Source: Spirogloea muscicola | Taxonomy: Eukaryota | NCBI GenBank assembly: GCA_009602725.1 | Contig: WELB01000018.1 | Span: 13,749-64,570 of the forward strand | Length of the DNA stretch: 50,822 bases | Direction of reading: 5' to 3' | Shown here: positions 1 through 12,516 of the stretch, piece after piece | Layout: each line of letters begins with the position of its first letter | Numbering within the stretch: the stretch's first letter is position 1 | Translations under genes and position numbers: made by a program | The notes under the pieces: model-generated | Databases searched by the model: none | What the model was told of the DNA's origin: nothing | The model's input: the letters and a program-made list of their open reading frames with translations, nothing else

Positions 1-390
1 TTGGCTAGGCTTGCGCGGCGGGCTGTGTCCCGCAGACGCGGCGAGCCAGCCGACTTCAACGCCGCGGGCTCGTGGGCTCAGGTATATCGGATGCGCCTCT
101 CTGTATCCCTGCAGCGGTCCATGGCCCACGCTCTGCATCTGCGAGCTGGCCGTGCTCTCGCTGCGGGCTCTGGCTTTCGTCAGGGTGATAGCTTCCCGGC
201 AGCTAGTCTGTCGGATCTGAGGCTCCTCACTCGTACTTATTGAGTGATCCATCCTCCCCCTGTTTTACCATTGCATCCTTAGGCCCCTGTGTAGCTGCTC
301 ACTGCTCTTAGGCCCCTCTGCACCTTTGTGAATTCTTTTTGGGCTGGCTTTTCGCAGCCCTTGCCCCCATTGGGAGTGCCACTTCTTTCT
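1..390 (+). mobile_element. 3' fragment of CRE-like non-LTR retrotransposon (end of endonuclease ORF plus type-A 3' tail)
   Basis: ORF 1-243 (AGSWAQVYRMRLSVSLQRSMA...SLSDLRLLTRTY*) matches the C-terminus of the long copy at 28931-30328. Tail motif TTTTTGGGCTGGC..CAGCCC..CATTGGGAGTGCCACTTCT at 336-386. Confidence 0.85.
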
Positions 391-449
391 TATTTGCAAG
401 AGTCCCATTCTTTTGTCCTCCAGAAGAGTACTTCTCTTCTGGGTCAACA

Positions 450-548
450 AGGCCCCCTTATCTTTGCGCTAGTTTTTGTCTGAACAATGTATTGGCTTGA
501 ATTGGCCTCGCTTTGATTTCATGCGCACCGCGCGCCTTCTCTCTTCTT
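450..548 (+). mobile_element. Type-C 3' tail of the same retrotransposon group
   Basis: CTAGTTTTTGTCTGAACAATGTATTGGCTTGAATTGGCC...TTCATGCGCACCGCGCGCCTTCT recurs about 10 times in the window and is attached to the ORF end in the copy at 3563-3732. Confidence 0.75.
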
Positions 549-1266
549 TGAAGGAGCTGCTTCGTCTTGCTAATGTTGAAAGCTTTGTCTATTGAGCCGA
601 CTTGTTTTAAGAATTGTTATGAGCCGGCCCTCTCTCAGCCACGGTCCCTAGAACCGCGCTCGTCTGGTACGGCCAAAGGGCGTTGCGCCCTGTTCCCACG
701 GCGGCCGGGGACGGGGTCGAGGTCGAGGTCTTGCTGAGGTGTCGCGCGCTGAGTGGAAAAGACCCGTTTCACTGGAGGTCGCGCGCCGGTCATCCTCCCC
801 TCCACGCCAGCGCACGTGAAGCGATGACGCGGCCCGCCGTTTGCCACTCTGGCCCCCCGTTTGACACCGTGGCTCGCCGTTTTGCGGGGGGAGCGCGCGG
901 ATTTCGTACCGGGGTAGACCCCGGTACGTAACGCTCCTTTCGGAGGATGGCGGCAAAGCCAATCGACGGCTGCCACGCACACGCGCGCCCCCGCGCCAAA
1001 TTGTGTCGATTCGAAGTTCGATGAGGAGGGAGGAGGGGCTCCTCGCCCGCCTGCCCTCTCTGCGCACACTTCTCTCTGCGCTCCCCCCGCCTGTGCGCTC
1101 CCCCGCCTGGCATCCCCCGCCTGGCCACCCTCCCCGGGCCGAGCTCCCCCGCGCAGCAACAGCAAGAGGCGGGGAAGCCATGGCGATGCGCCTGCCTTGG
1201 TGCTCGGGTGCAGGCGGGGACGACGACCTGGTCAGCTCGGAGTCATCTCCTCAACCCTCGCCCGGA

Positions 1267-1791
1267 GCATGACTCGGCACGCATGACTCGGCATGACTCG
1301 GCATGACTCGGCACGCCCGCAAAGCTTGCAAATTGTCGACACAATGCGTGCAATAGTACCTGGAAGAGCGGCAGTGCTCTTTGCTTGAGTTCAGGAATCG
1401 TCGGTGCAATTGAACGCCGGTCCAGCCGCCTGCAAAATCCATCCAGCCACAAGTTGGCTCAGCAACGGACGGGCGGGCATGACTCGGCACGCTCGCAAAG
1501 CTTGCACACTGTCGACACAACGCGTGCAAACATACCTGGGAGAGCGACAGCGCTCTTTGCGTGATTCCAGGATCGGCGGTGCAACTGAAGGCCGGTCCAG
1601 CCGCCTGCAAAGTCCATCCAGCCACAAGTTGGCTCAGCAACGGACGGGCGGGCATGACTTGGCACGCTCGCAAAGCTTGCACACTGTCGACACAACGCGT
1701 GCAAACATACCTGGGAGAGCGGCAGTGCTGTTTGCTCGCGTTCAGGAATCGGCGGTGCAACTGAATGCCGGTCCAGCCGCCTGCAAAGTCC
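1267..1791. repeat. Tandem repeat: GCATGACTCG 10-mers leading into about 2.8 copies of a 175-176 bp unit
   Basis: Units start at 1301, 1477 and 1652, each beginning GCATGACT(C/T)GGCACGC and sharing GCCGGTCCAGCCGCCTGCAAA. Extra 10-mers at 1267, 1281 and 1291. Confidence 0.9.
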
Positions 1792-2514
1792 CTGCAGGCA
1801 CAGGATGAGTCAGCAACTCATGGCGGGTTTGTTTGGCGGCGTGCCCGCTATGCCCTCGGCGTACGCGGTGCAGCGCTTGTGGCAGCCACCCGCAGTTGCT
1901 GATTGCACCCCCATGCGAGCGCCAGCGTTGACGCACTGCCGCTGTTGTTCTCCTCGCAGCGCGAGCTTGCAGGTTGGAGGTTGCGACGAAGAAGGCAGGT
2001 CGCAAGTGGCTGCGGTATCTCTGCAGCCGGCAGTGCTCGTGCAGCACACTCGCAGTGGCCTTGCGCTTGCGCGTCCGCGTGCCACCGCCGGCGGCAGCGC
2101 CACAGCGGGCGCGCCCGCCCTGCCCGGGCCGCCTGCGCTCGGTAAGCCAGTCGCAAGCAGTGGGAGTGGGAGCGGTTGCCTTGCTTCTCTTCTCGTCCAC
2201 CACCGCGGCGCGCACCTGCTCCCGCCTTGCGGCAGGCGGAGCGCCGAGCTGGCGCTCCGCTGTCGCATGTTTTCGCCGAATCTCCGCACGTGCTGCTGGT
2301 GTGGCGGCTGGGCGCCCGGCGACCTCCGCCACGTATTGGTCATCCGACCTCGAGCTCGACCCTTTTCGTGAGAAGGGGGGGCAACTTCCCGGCAAAGCGC
2401 CGCCCGGGGCGCGCGCGCTGCGCCGGGCGTGCTCCTCGTGGGAGGGGCGCCCGCACGCGTCCCGCCCATCTCGGAGGGTGTCCTGTGCTCGCAGCCACTT
2501 CATCGCAGCTGGGG

Positions 2515-2888
2515 GAAGGCGCCCGATGAGCCTGAAAATGAAAGGATGGCCAATATAAGCCAATACACTGTTCAGGCTAGGGCGGACATGTTGCACCCGC
2601 CGTCACAGCATTCCTGCGGGCCGGCCCTCCCGGGGGGGGGCGTGCGCCGCCCAGCAGCCCTGACACGCGGCGTCGGGCTGCGGCCCCGCCGCGCGCCGCG
2701 GCTTGGGCCCGAAGGTGGCGGCCACACTCCCACCCACCGTCAGCGCAGAGCCCTCGGAGCTCTGTCCCCCGCCTCCAGCAACGGCGCCGCCGCCGGCCCA
2801 CGCCCGTGCGCGATGAAACAGCTCTTCCAGTTGAAGGCAATGGCTGTGAGAGGCCAGCCCAAAGGAGTAGGCCAGCCCAAAGGAATGC
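2515..2888 (-). mobile_element. Two short retrotransposon 3'-tail fragments (type C about 2515-2580; type A about 2815-2888)
   Basis: GGCCAATATAAGCCAATACACTGTTCAGGC and GGCAATGGCTGTGAGAGGCCAGCCCAAAGGA match the recurrent tails on the minus strand. Confidence 0.65.
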
Positions 2889-3562
2889 ACCAGGCGCAAT
2901 GGCCGCGGAGCGCTGCGGTGGTAACTCTTCCCAGCAGTGGGCTGTGGTGGGCGTACGCCGCCATTGTGCCTCAGGTGAGAGAGGAAGTCAAACCCACTGC
3001 TCGCGCCTTTCCTGCCCCTCGGACCTAGCCGATTCAGGGTGGCCGCTCGCAGCAGTCCCCCTTTTGGTGATCCTGATTCTCTCACCTTGTTCCGAAGAAT
3101 TGTCTCCTCTCCTCACGCCCTTCAATCAGCCTTGCCCCCATTTGGAGAGCCACTTCTTCTTCAATCATCGCCCCCTTCCTGAGCGGTCGACTCAGTCACC
3201 CGAGACTGGCAACACGGAGATGTGTTGGAGGGGCCCGCCGCCGCAGGGCGGTCCCGCCAAGTTGGCGGCGCGTGGTGGGGCCCGGCCCCTTCCAGCGGCG
3301 GATCGATCGGCACCATCACACGGGTTGCGAGTCGCCAGCGAGGGGCGGCCCCACCCGCGCGCGCCCGGCGCGCCCAAAGTTGGCGCGCGCGGGCCCCCCG
3401 CCCGGAGCCGGCGCCGTCGAGTCGCCACGTGCGCGGGCTCCTCTGCGGGGCGCACCGGCAGAGGAGCCCCGCAGAGACCCGAGCCGGCCGCCGCAGAGGC
3501 GCGGCAGTCCGGGCGGGCCCGCAGAGGACGGCCCGTCCCATGACCTCCAAAAGGACCTCGGA

Positions 3563-3732
3563 GAGAAGGCGCGCGGGGCGCATGAATTGAAAGGGAGGCC
3601 AATTCAAGCCAATACATTGTTCAGGCAGAGTCGAGTGCAGACTAAACAATGCTACATAAAACGGAGACCTAATCTAAGGTACCGAAGATGACATTAGTAC
3701 CCACGGGTGAGCACAAACAAATCTGACAAGCT
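3563..3732 (-). mobile_element. 5'-truncated retrotransposon copy: ORF end plus type-C tail
   Basis: Minus strand reads ...SLSDLFVLTRGY* then the tail ending CATGCGCCCCGCGCGCCTTCTC. Cut by the N at 3733. Confidence 0.8.
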
Positions 3733-4143
3733 NGGCCAGCGGGGAGGGAGGGGGCAGGGTGCCTGCCACTCTCCCACCCCAGCCGGCTATGGCGGCTGAG
3801 CCAGGACGGTGGGGGGGTGGACGCGCCTGTAAGTGCCGCCGGCCGGCCCGCCACCTCCCCCAACCCCCCCCCAAATTCGTCCCTCCCTCCCTCAAAATAG
3901 GCTGCTTTATATCAGCAGCCGCATCCTGCTTACATAGGCGGCTCCAACCACTAGCCACCGCGTGAGTGCGGGCCGTGAGTGACCCACCATTGCCGTATCA
4001 TTGGGAGAGCTGGTTTCTCGTTTGCAAGAGACCGCCCCGCCCCTCGCGCCATCTGGGGCTCTCGCCCCCGCCGCTGGCCCCCCTCCCCCCGTCGGACACG
4101 GCCCGGCCCGGGGGCGGCCGCCGCTGCGCGGGCCGTGCGCCGC

Positions 4144-5940
4144 ATGGCCGCGCCTCCCGGCGGCGGCTGGAGCGGCGACAACCTCGTCGTCGCCGTCACC
4201 GAGGACGCCGAGGCCGGCGCGGAGCTCGTGCGCTACGCGCTCGCCAGCCTCTACCACCCCGGCAGCTCCCTCTACCTCCTCCACATCGTCACCTCCCTTC
4301 CCAACCCCGGTGAGAGCCCCCGACGCACTGCCCGAGGCCTGGCCGCCGTGCCGATGCGCCTGCTTGCCGTGCCCTGCACCAAACTCGATGGCCACGATGC
4401 TGGCCGGCGCCGACGAGAGCTGCGCGCCATCTACATTTGCCACTACGTTGGTCTGCTGTCCTGTCGTCTCGACGGCCACACTGGAAGTCTGAATCCAGAA
4501 AGTGCCCCTGGCTAGCTTCCCAGGACAGTCCGGGCTGCTCTCTTCCACTTTCTGGGCTCACCTGGCTTGTGTTGCAGATGGGAGCCGGCAAGTCGTCAGC
4601 CAGGTCAATGGCTTGCAACTCAGCCAGCACCTGTTGTCGGTCGTCACCCCGCTCATGGAGAAATACAAGGCAATGTGCGACCCCTACAAGGTGCCGGGCT
4701 TTACCCCATCTTTGCTGAGCTCGTGCCAGTTCCAGTTCAGCCAACATACAGCATCAACTCTTTCTTACCAGTAGCATGACAGGTCAAGCTCGTGTGCATC
4801 TGCAATGTGGCATCGTCTGCATCATGCCTGGCGTGCATGATTGGTTCCGATCTGATGTGAGTCTCAAGCATTTGCCAGGTGACTGTCAGAGTCCGAGTAG
4901 CAAAGAACGACTGCGAAGGCAAGGGCATCATCAAGGCGGCCAACTCTCTCGGAGCCACCAGCTTGATATTGAGCCAGACGCCAAGCAGATTCCTCCGGTA
5001 CGCCCTTGCAAGTGTCCGATGTGGAGCGGGTGGAAGTTCCATCCGCCCAGCTCTACAGCTGGCCGTGCTGTCTGTCATGCAATCTATACAGGCCGCATTG
5101 TCCACAGCCCCACTTCATCAGCTGGCCATCCTTCCTGCGATGTGATCCTACTGAAACGAATGGAGCATAGCCTCGCTGTTCAAATCTCTGTTCACCCTGC
5201 CTGTGTAATGCAGGCGTCCTGGGCAAACGGTGGAGTACTGTGCTTCACACAGATCTCCCAAATGCTCCTTACATGTCCTACAGAAGGGCAAGGTTGTCCT
5301 CCAGGAAGGAGTCATCGAGCGCAACCCCTTGCCCGTGGCTCTTACTGCGAATGTGCAGTCGTCTTCCAATGTCTCGGACCACTGGAGGCTGAGGAGGTCG
5401 CTACCTGAGGCATTGTCCTTCTCCAAGAGGCAAGCCCTAGGATCATTGACGGGCATATTCAGGCCGTCCGAGACAAACTTCAGCCTGGGCAATAGCACGA
5501 GCTGCTCATCATCGATTAGTGATGCCTCCTCGTGCGCTACGACGAGCTCACCGAGCTTGTCACCACAGCACTTGTCTGCGTCAGGCAGTGGCTCCCTCTC
5601 AGTGTTCTCTCCAGGTAGCGACCACTCTTTGGCTCCGCCCAGGAGGATCCCCTCGCCAGTGTCTGCCTGGTCTCTCTTTTTGAGGTCGAGGAGCCCTGGC
5701 GGCCAGGCCCACGGAGGTGGCAACAGCAGTGCAAGCACACAGGGCTTGGGCGAGGCAAGGCGCCTCAGCTTTGAGGACGACGATATGGGCGGAGACCTTA
5801 GTATGTTGGACGAACTGGAGGCAGCAGAGGAGGCGCTGATCATCCAGACGCTACAGACCAGCATAGAAAAGCGTAGCCAGATTGTAAGCGAGTCCCTAGC
5901 CAAGGTGCAAGATCCTTCTCTGAAGAGAGTGTATGACTAG
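4144..5940 (+). CDS. Universal-stress-protein-like (adenine nucleotide alpha-hydrolase/STK_N-type) domain protein with Ser-rich tail, paralog 1
   Basis: GT-AG exons 4144-4309, 4578-4690, 4879-4997, 5214-5940. NLVVAV...LYLLHIV, KGIIKAANSLGATSLILS and VEYC...CSLHVLQKGK fit the USP fold. A further intron near 5905 is possible. Confidence 0.75.
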
Positions 5941-6844
5941 CCAGAGAAACGTGCAACTCATATTTGTTCCCTAGGTCGTAGATTGGTCGCGAGTAGGTCA
6001 AGCGCAGTCTGCCTCGTTCAGAGCCACTGCTGCTATGCCCCACCAGACCAGGGGTTAGATGTACTCATACAAGAAACACTTGCTCAATATGGATTGACAT
6101 GGCATGTACAGGCCATGTGGCCAGGTACCAGCCAGCTGCAACTGGTGTGTTACTAGGAGATTGCCTTCCCCTCCAAGGTCCTGCCTCTATGGCATTGATC
6201 TGTGATGCTTCTGGCTTCATCCGCCCTGCACACGCAATGAAGCTCGTCAACAGGGCATGGTGCTCCTTATCTTACTCGTTGTGCATGGTACCACCAGGCC
6301 ACGTGGATGAGGATGTCCAGACTGGCGGACGTGGACAGTGTGCTCACAGCTCTCCTCTTTGACCAGGGTGTTGCATCGAAGTGAGTGCCAAGTGCTGAGG
6401 GAGTAGGTTGGAGTGCTGGGCTTAGAAGGCTCCATTGACGCTAGGGTGCTGAGAGGTGCAGGCCCCCCAAAACTGAGGCAGCGCAGCAATGGTCTCCTGG
6501 TGGAGAGCGTCTGGAGCCGCTGCCGGTTGTTCGGTGAGGATGATACGAAGATCATCGGAGGCGCAAGCAGACAGCACGTTAGCGCTGGGCTCGGCAGGAC
6601 CAGGCTTGGAGGAGCCATGGGACGCCATGGCAGCCGCGGCGGGCGGGTGCCCACCCATCGTCCGCAGCACTGGAGTGTACATTGATTGATGAAGATTGAG
6701 CAGGGGGCGGCCGGTTGGCGGCGCAAGGAGCGGGAGCGCCGGGAGCTGCGCTTTGGGGCCGAGCTAGGGGCAGCGCCGCCCTCAATCATCAGCACCGGCT
6801 TCCCGCGCTTTATTTGGAAAGGCGGGCGTGGGGCCACAAGATAG

Positions 6845-7270
6845 GAAGGCCCGCCGTTCGCATCAAATGAAAGGGTACCCAGTTTTAGCCCATAGACCGT
6901 CCAGGCAAAAGCTAGTGCAAAAATGGGGGCTTCATAAATCGTAGTTCTATGTAAGGTGCCAGAAGCGTGACGTTAGTAACAGCGTGACGTTAGTACGGAG
7001 CACATAAAGATCCGACAGGCTAACCTGGGGAACCGAATCGCCGCCACGGAAGCCGGTAGCCTGACTACTTTAGAGCGCGCCCAGCGCTCCACAGAGACCA
7101 GCAGGCTGGCCTCTGTGGTGTGGTCGAGGGACGGCAGTCAATGCCGCTGAGCGAGGACGAGGGGCCTGCCGATGCCGTTTTCAGCACCTCTTTCTTTGGC
7201 TTTGAACATTGTCCATTCTTTTTGGGTTGGCTTTGCCAGCCCCTCTTCTCAATGGGCGAGCACCTTCTTC
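6845..7270. mobile_element. Degenerate retrotransposon tails (type C minus strand about 6845-7035; type A plus strand about 7190-7270)
   Basis: CAGGCAAAAGCTAGTGCAAAA (type C) and CATTCTTTTTGGGTTGGCTTTGCCAGCCCCTCTTCTCAATGGGCGAGCACCTTCTTC (type A). Confidence 0.7.
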
Positions 7271-7489
7271 GTGGGGAGGCAGTTGGTGGCGCTGCCGCGG
7301 GGCCTGCTGCCGCGGCACCGCCAATACCTGCGGCGGCTGCTCTTAGTTGTGGCGGCCGGCCTGCGGCAGGGGGGTCGCTGCGGGGCGCCGCCAGGGCCCC
7401 ACCAAGCGAAGCGTCGAACTTGTTCATTTCTTTTCCTGGCTGACTTCGAGCCTCACAAAAGTCCTGGTAATGGGGCAATAAGCTGGCTA

Positions 7490-9190
7490 AGAAAACATGG
7501 AGTGTGTATTAAGAGATGGAAGGCCTGTGTGGCCAAGTACAAAGGCAAGCACATTGACATACGTACATCACCTGCTGCTAAGCTGACCCGCTCAGTAACC
7601 ACGAGTCAGCACATAGAGGTCGCTAACTGATGCCCGAATACCGGACGGCAATCGACAAGCTCTTGAGTTACCAGCTATGGCTCGACCAGCTTTCTGATGC
7701 ATGAGCCTGAGCTCGCTGCAGACAAGCTGACACTCAACGTCGCAAGAATGACAAGTAGGCTGCCGGCATGCCCATTTGAGCTGGAAGCATATCCTCATGT
7801 CGAGTATATCCCAGACTTGCAATGTTCTCAAGTAGGGTATGGAAGCGAGGACCCATGCAGCCGAAAGTGTCAATCGCGGCTGGTAGGAGGTGATCACTGC
7901 GGGGGTAGTCAGAGTAGTGTAGGAGCTTTCTCTGCTCTGCACCTCCACTGCGTGGCCAGCGATGTGAGTAAGGGGTTCTCTGGTACCCACGAGTGAGCAC
8001 ATACATACCCGACAAGCTAAGCTGAGGAGCCAGAGCACCACCACACAGGAAGTAAGACGCTTCCAGGAGAGGGCGGTGCCTGGGAGAGGCCAGCCCAGAA
8101 AATAGAATTAACAAAGTCCGAAGGGACCAGGGAAAGCGCTAAAGCACACAAGGAATCAAGTAGCTGCAAATATTTAGTAACCCCTACTAAGCAACCGCAG
8201 GTCGGAGAAACTAGTCTCCTGCCAGAGGGGATGGCCGTGCCGGAGACGGCCGCCCAAAGGCGATTGCCGTTTCTCAGCTGTCTAGGCACGAACGGCTGCT
8301 GGTATTGCTAGCGCCTGTGAAAGTGAAGGCGAGCGGTGCGCTCATGCTGAAAGTGAGGCCAACAGGCCCAAAGCAACACACAATTCACTCAAGAGGGAAG
8401 GAAAGTGCAAAGAATGGGTCAAAGCGGAAGCCTTAGGCTTGGGATGAGAGAAAGACTCTCACAGTAGAGGGCGATGGCTGTGATTGGCCAGCCCAATATA
8501 AAAGATTAAGCAAAGTTCGAAGGGGCCAGAAAAGCGGGGGGGGTAAGGAAGTAGGGCAAGGCCAAGGCGGGCTTCGGTAATACACGAGTGAAGCCCGAAG
8601 CGAAGCCCGAAGCGGGGTCTGTGGCGCCGACCGCGCCGAAGAGCCGGGAGGCCGTCAGGAGACGGGGGGCATAGGAGGTTTGGGCGGAGCCAGGGCCCGG
8701 CAGCGGAGGCGGAGGAGGAGGCGGGCCCGGCACCGTCACGCCACTTCTGCGCGGCCACTAGGGGGACGTCCCGCCGCCCCAGCTCCCTGCGCAACGTCTC
8801 AGACTCCCGCGCGCCGGTTGGTGCAAAACCCCCCGGAGCAGGCACGGCGTGGATCGAGAGGAGGGAGGGGATGAGATGAAGGCGCGCGCGCGCGGTGCGC
8901 ATCAATGGAAAGGGTGGCCAATGCAAGCCAACACAGTAGGGCAAGGCGACGCAGGCGCTTCCAATGGGCCTGCGGAACGGAAGCCGTTCTCAGACGAGAG
9001 AAGAAGCGCGGTGCGCATGAAATGTAAGGGTGGTCTAATCAAGCCAATGCATTGTTCATGCAAAAGCTAGTGCAAGAGATGGGGCTACATGAAACGAAGC
9101 CCTATGCTGAGGTGGCTAAATTAAACAGTGTGTCTTTAGTACCCACGGGTGAGCACATGGGGCAGGCTAACTTGGGGAACTGGAGCGCCG
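7490..9190 (-). mobile_element. Cluster of about 7 truncated CRE-like retrotransposon pieces
   Basis: 7490-7935 type B (LPAAIDTFG...SVSDLYVLTRGY*). ORF ends near 7985, 8175 and 9140. Type-A tails near 8050-8100 and 8450-8500. Type-C tails near 8325, 8876-8945 and 8997-9075. Confidence 0.75.
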
Positions 9191-9782
9191 CTGGCGATAG
9201 GAAGAAAGAAATGGTAGTGGAAGGTCAGCCCGGAACAGGAGCAGCGCTTCCGGAAAGAAGGAATGCGACGGCTGCGAGATCGCCAGCCCGGAAAGACGGA
9301 AGGCCAGCCGAGAGAGGGGGAAAGAAACGGCTCTTGTCAAAATTTTCCGGGCTGGCTGTTCACTGCCCTTGCCTCCTACGGGATGGGATAGCCACTGTCT
9401 TTCCAGTGTAAGGACATTCACATGTCCTTAATTATGGGACGTGAGGCAGTGGCTGGGAGGCGCCCCGGAAAGAAAACAGCGCTTCCCAGTTGACTGGTGG
9501 CTGTGAAGGTGGTGGGCGGGTATGGGCGGGTATGGGGATCCGCCGTAGCGCCGGGCGGCTGTACGACGTTCGCGCGGCCACGCACGTGGGCCGCCCCGCC
9601 GCCGCGGCGGCCCAGTCAGGGAGCCAGGCCCAGGGGGCCCCGGCCGGCCCCACCCTGGCCCTCCTCCTTTCACCTGGCTGCAGCCGTTCACAGCCGCTCT
9701 AATCGATGCCAGCGGCCCCATTGCCTTGTCGTTCGAGCGCACCGTGCGCGCCGTCTCGCCTGGCGCCACCCACCCCCGCCCN

Positions 9783-11913
9783 GCGGCACGCTGCGCTGGC
9801 TGCGCCACCGCGGGCTCCGCGCCGGCGACGCCCTCGCGCTGCTCTTCGTCATCGCCGCCGTCCCCGACGCCCGTGCGCCCGCTGCCCCACCTCGCCGCGC
9901 CGTGCTTCTTGCCAGGCCCACCGGATTCGCTGCTGCTCCACCTTTGGCTGCGCTGCCGTCGTAACACCTTTACCTGACGGCGCCTCGCCCCGCTCTCTCG
10001 CCTGTCTTGGGGGGTCTGCCAGGAGGCGCGAGGAGGCCCGTGAGCCGCTGCGACCCCGTGCAGATCATCGCGCACATCCAGGAGGTCGTGCGGCCGCTCC
10101 TCGACGCCTACATTGCCCTCCTCCACGACCTGCAGGTGCGGCCCCCAAGGCAATAGCACAGGCATTTTCATGGTGCTCCATGGCCCCGCCTGTACGCGTC
10201 CATTGCCTGTAAACAAAGGTTCGGAGAGACTGGCAGCAAGCCGCGTCGCGGCCGGCCTTCTCTGGACTTAGTGAGTCGCCAGAGCATTGAATGAGCAGGC
10301 TGAACCGTAAGACCGCCGGGCAGCGAGGTTGGCGGGTGAGGATGGCACCTCCTTGCTCGTGACGGAGACCCCGGAATGCCAGCCCTGATCCAAGCGGTGG
10401 TGCCATCTTGGCTCGCAGGGGGTGGTCGACTTCCGAGTTGCCAAGAATGACAGCGAGGAAAGGGCCATCGTTGACGAGGCTGTGGCATTCGGAGCCACCA
10501 AGCTTGTGATGGGGAGGCCGTCCAAGCTATTCGGCAGGTCAGCCTTTTGCACAGCAGCCTCTTATAGAGGGGCTGTCAAACGCACGGTTGATCAACTTTC
10601 TGACACGTGCAAATCTGGGGGATCAGGGTGGTGGGGTCCAGTTTCCTTCCCCACTCGCGTCAGAGCCCAAAAGATGGCAGCTGCACAATCTTCTTGATTG
10701 GTGCTGCTTGCTGCTTATAGAAAGGACAGACCCAATCAAGGAGGGGGATTTTGACAAGCTATATCAGTGCCTCAGACCTCGCATGCTGGTCTTTCATTGC
10801 AGGGGCCTTGGGAATGTGGTGAAATACTGCGTGAAGAACCGGCCACTTGGATGCGAGGTCCTGGTCGTGCAGAAGCAGAAGCTGGTGCTCCACGAGTGCG
10901 GCGAGGAGAGCAGCCCGACGCTGACGACTGTCGGCAGCGGCGAGGCGCTGCTGAGTCCATCGAGTCACCACAGCCAGGGCAGTTGGAACGAAGCCTCGCC
11001 AAGAGGCGAAGCCTCGCCAAGAGGCGAGAACAGCAAATATCCGCTCCAGTCCCTGAAAGTGGCGGGCCTCCCACAGGTATCTGCTGCAGCGCTGAGTTCT
11101 CCTCTTGGAAGTCGCGCAAGCTCCATCTCGCCGCCCGGGAAGGTCAACACAAAGCCCACAACAAACGACGTCGGGTGGAGCTTCCATAAGAGCCCGCCGG
11201 TTGCTGCTACTTCTGCGGAGGTCCCTAGCGACATCGGATGCGCAGAGGCAGGGAGGAGGCGCAAGCAAGTACTGTTCGGGTGGAGGCGGGCTCCCATGAG
11301 CACAGCAAGCGAGGAGCCGAAGGCGCCAGAGTCGCCATCGTTGCAGAGCGTGACAACGACGGACTCGCCGACCCAATCCTGCAGCAGCCCGGCCCAGTGG
11401 CGGCAGGTCGTGAGCAGCCCCAGGCCATCAGTTTCGCTGCAGAGTGTTGGCACGTCCGATGCTTCGAGCCTCCGGTCACCATCCTCCCAGTTCACGCTCG
11501 ATGATGCCATCTGCGAGCTGCGGAGCCTGCGGCGGGCTCCACGGTCCCCACTGCCAGCTGTGGCGGGCAACGAAGACCTGAAGCTGGACGATGAGCTGTC
11601 GCGGTCCGACGACGGGAGCAACACAGGAGCGTCTGACACAGTGGCTGCGCTGTCACTGGCCGCCGGTGGCCGAAGCGGCCTTGGCGCTATCGACAGGGTG
11701 CAGAGGGTTGCAGTGCGACGGCGGGGTGGGCACTTCCGGCACATGAGCTACGATGCGACAAGCTCCAGCGCAAATCTCATGCTTGTGGGGTGTCACACGC
11801 CGGAGCAGGAGGATGATGCCATGGCGCGCATTCTCAAGACCAGCATCGAGCGCCGCAACTGCATTCTCCTCATGGGGGCCCGTCAGACTGGAGAAACTGC
11901 CCTCCACTGCTGA
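9783..11913 (+). CDS. USP-like domain protein with long Ser/Pro-rich tail, paralog 2 (start lost at the N join)
   Basis: Exons about 9783-9872 (GTLRWLRHRGLRAGDALALLFVI), 10023-10135, 10419-10537 (FRVAKNDSEERAIVDEAVAFGATKLVMG) and 10803-11913. Intron positions match paralog 1. Confidence 0.7.
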
Positions 11914-12516
11914 CACGAAGCCTTGCATACCGCAACAGGAAGGACACATGTGTGTTACACATTGTATAACGGAAGGACTTCCCTTGCAGCTCTTGCAGAG
12001 ACAACCAAGACTGCTGTGCTTCCTCCATATTGCCAGGGTCGCCAGAGCCACTTGCAGCATTAGCCTGCACTACTGACTGCTATCCTGCTCAAAGAAAAGG
12101 AATTAGCAGTGACAGCTTTGAGGACCTCTGCAAGCTGAGGCAAGCAAGGACTGCTTTTATAGCAACAAAGGAGTTGTGTGCTCAGGTCTCTTCTGGGTCC
12201 CCTGTCGCAAGAGCAGCCTTGCTGCTCCTTGGCTACAAGAGCAGTGACAGAGTTGGGCTGCTGCAAGCATGTGAAGCTTTGCAAAGTGCAGGAGCAGACC
12301 GACATCGTCCTGCTGATGACATCTGTGCGCCACTCATGCTCACAAATTGCCGCAGTGGGTTGCTGGTTATATATATCAGGCCCAACTTACACATTGCAGG
12401 CAGTAATCTGATGGACCAATTTTGGACCAATTTTGATCAGGATCTCATTTTACTCTAGCTGCTACAACCTTGCAGGCTACATAATATGTACAGCAACAGT
12501 CTGCACAACATACACG

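Noticed and set aside
330..390. Tail A as an snRNA or spliced-leader RNA (U-rich tract plus stem-loop)
   Set aside because: It directly follows the retrotransposon stop codon in several copies, has TSDs and lacks other snRNA features.
1267..1791. CRISPR-like array
   Set aside because: Units are contiguous near-identical repeats without unique spacers, there are no cas genes, and the context is eukaryotic.
635..3650. Many long overlapping ORFs
   Set aside because: Arg/Ala/Pro/Gly-rich in all frames with no recognisable domains, which is typical of GC-rich non-coding DNA.
6000..6840. Possible minus-strand gene remnant
   Set aside because: In-frame stops, no recognisable motif and no consistent splice model.
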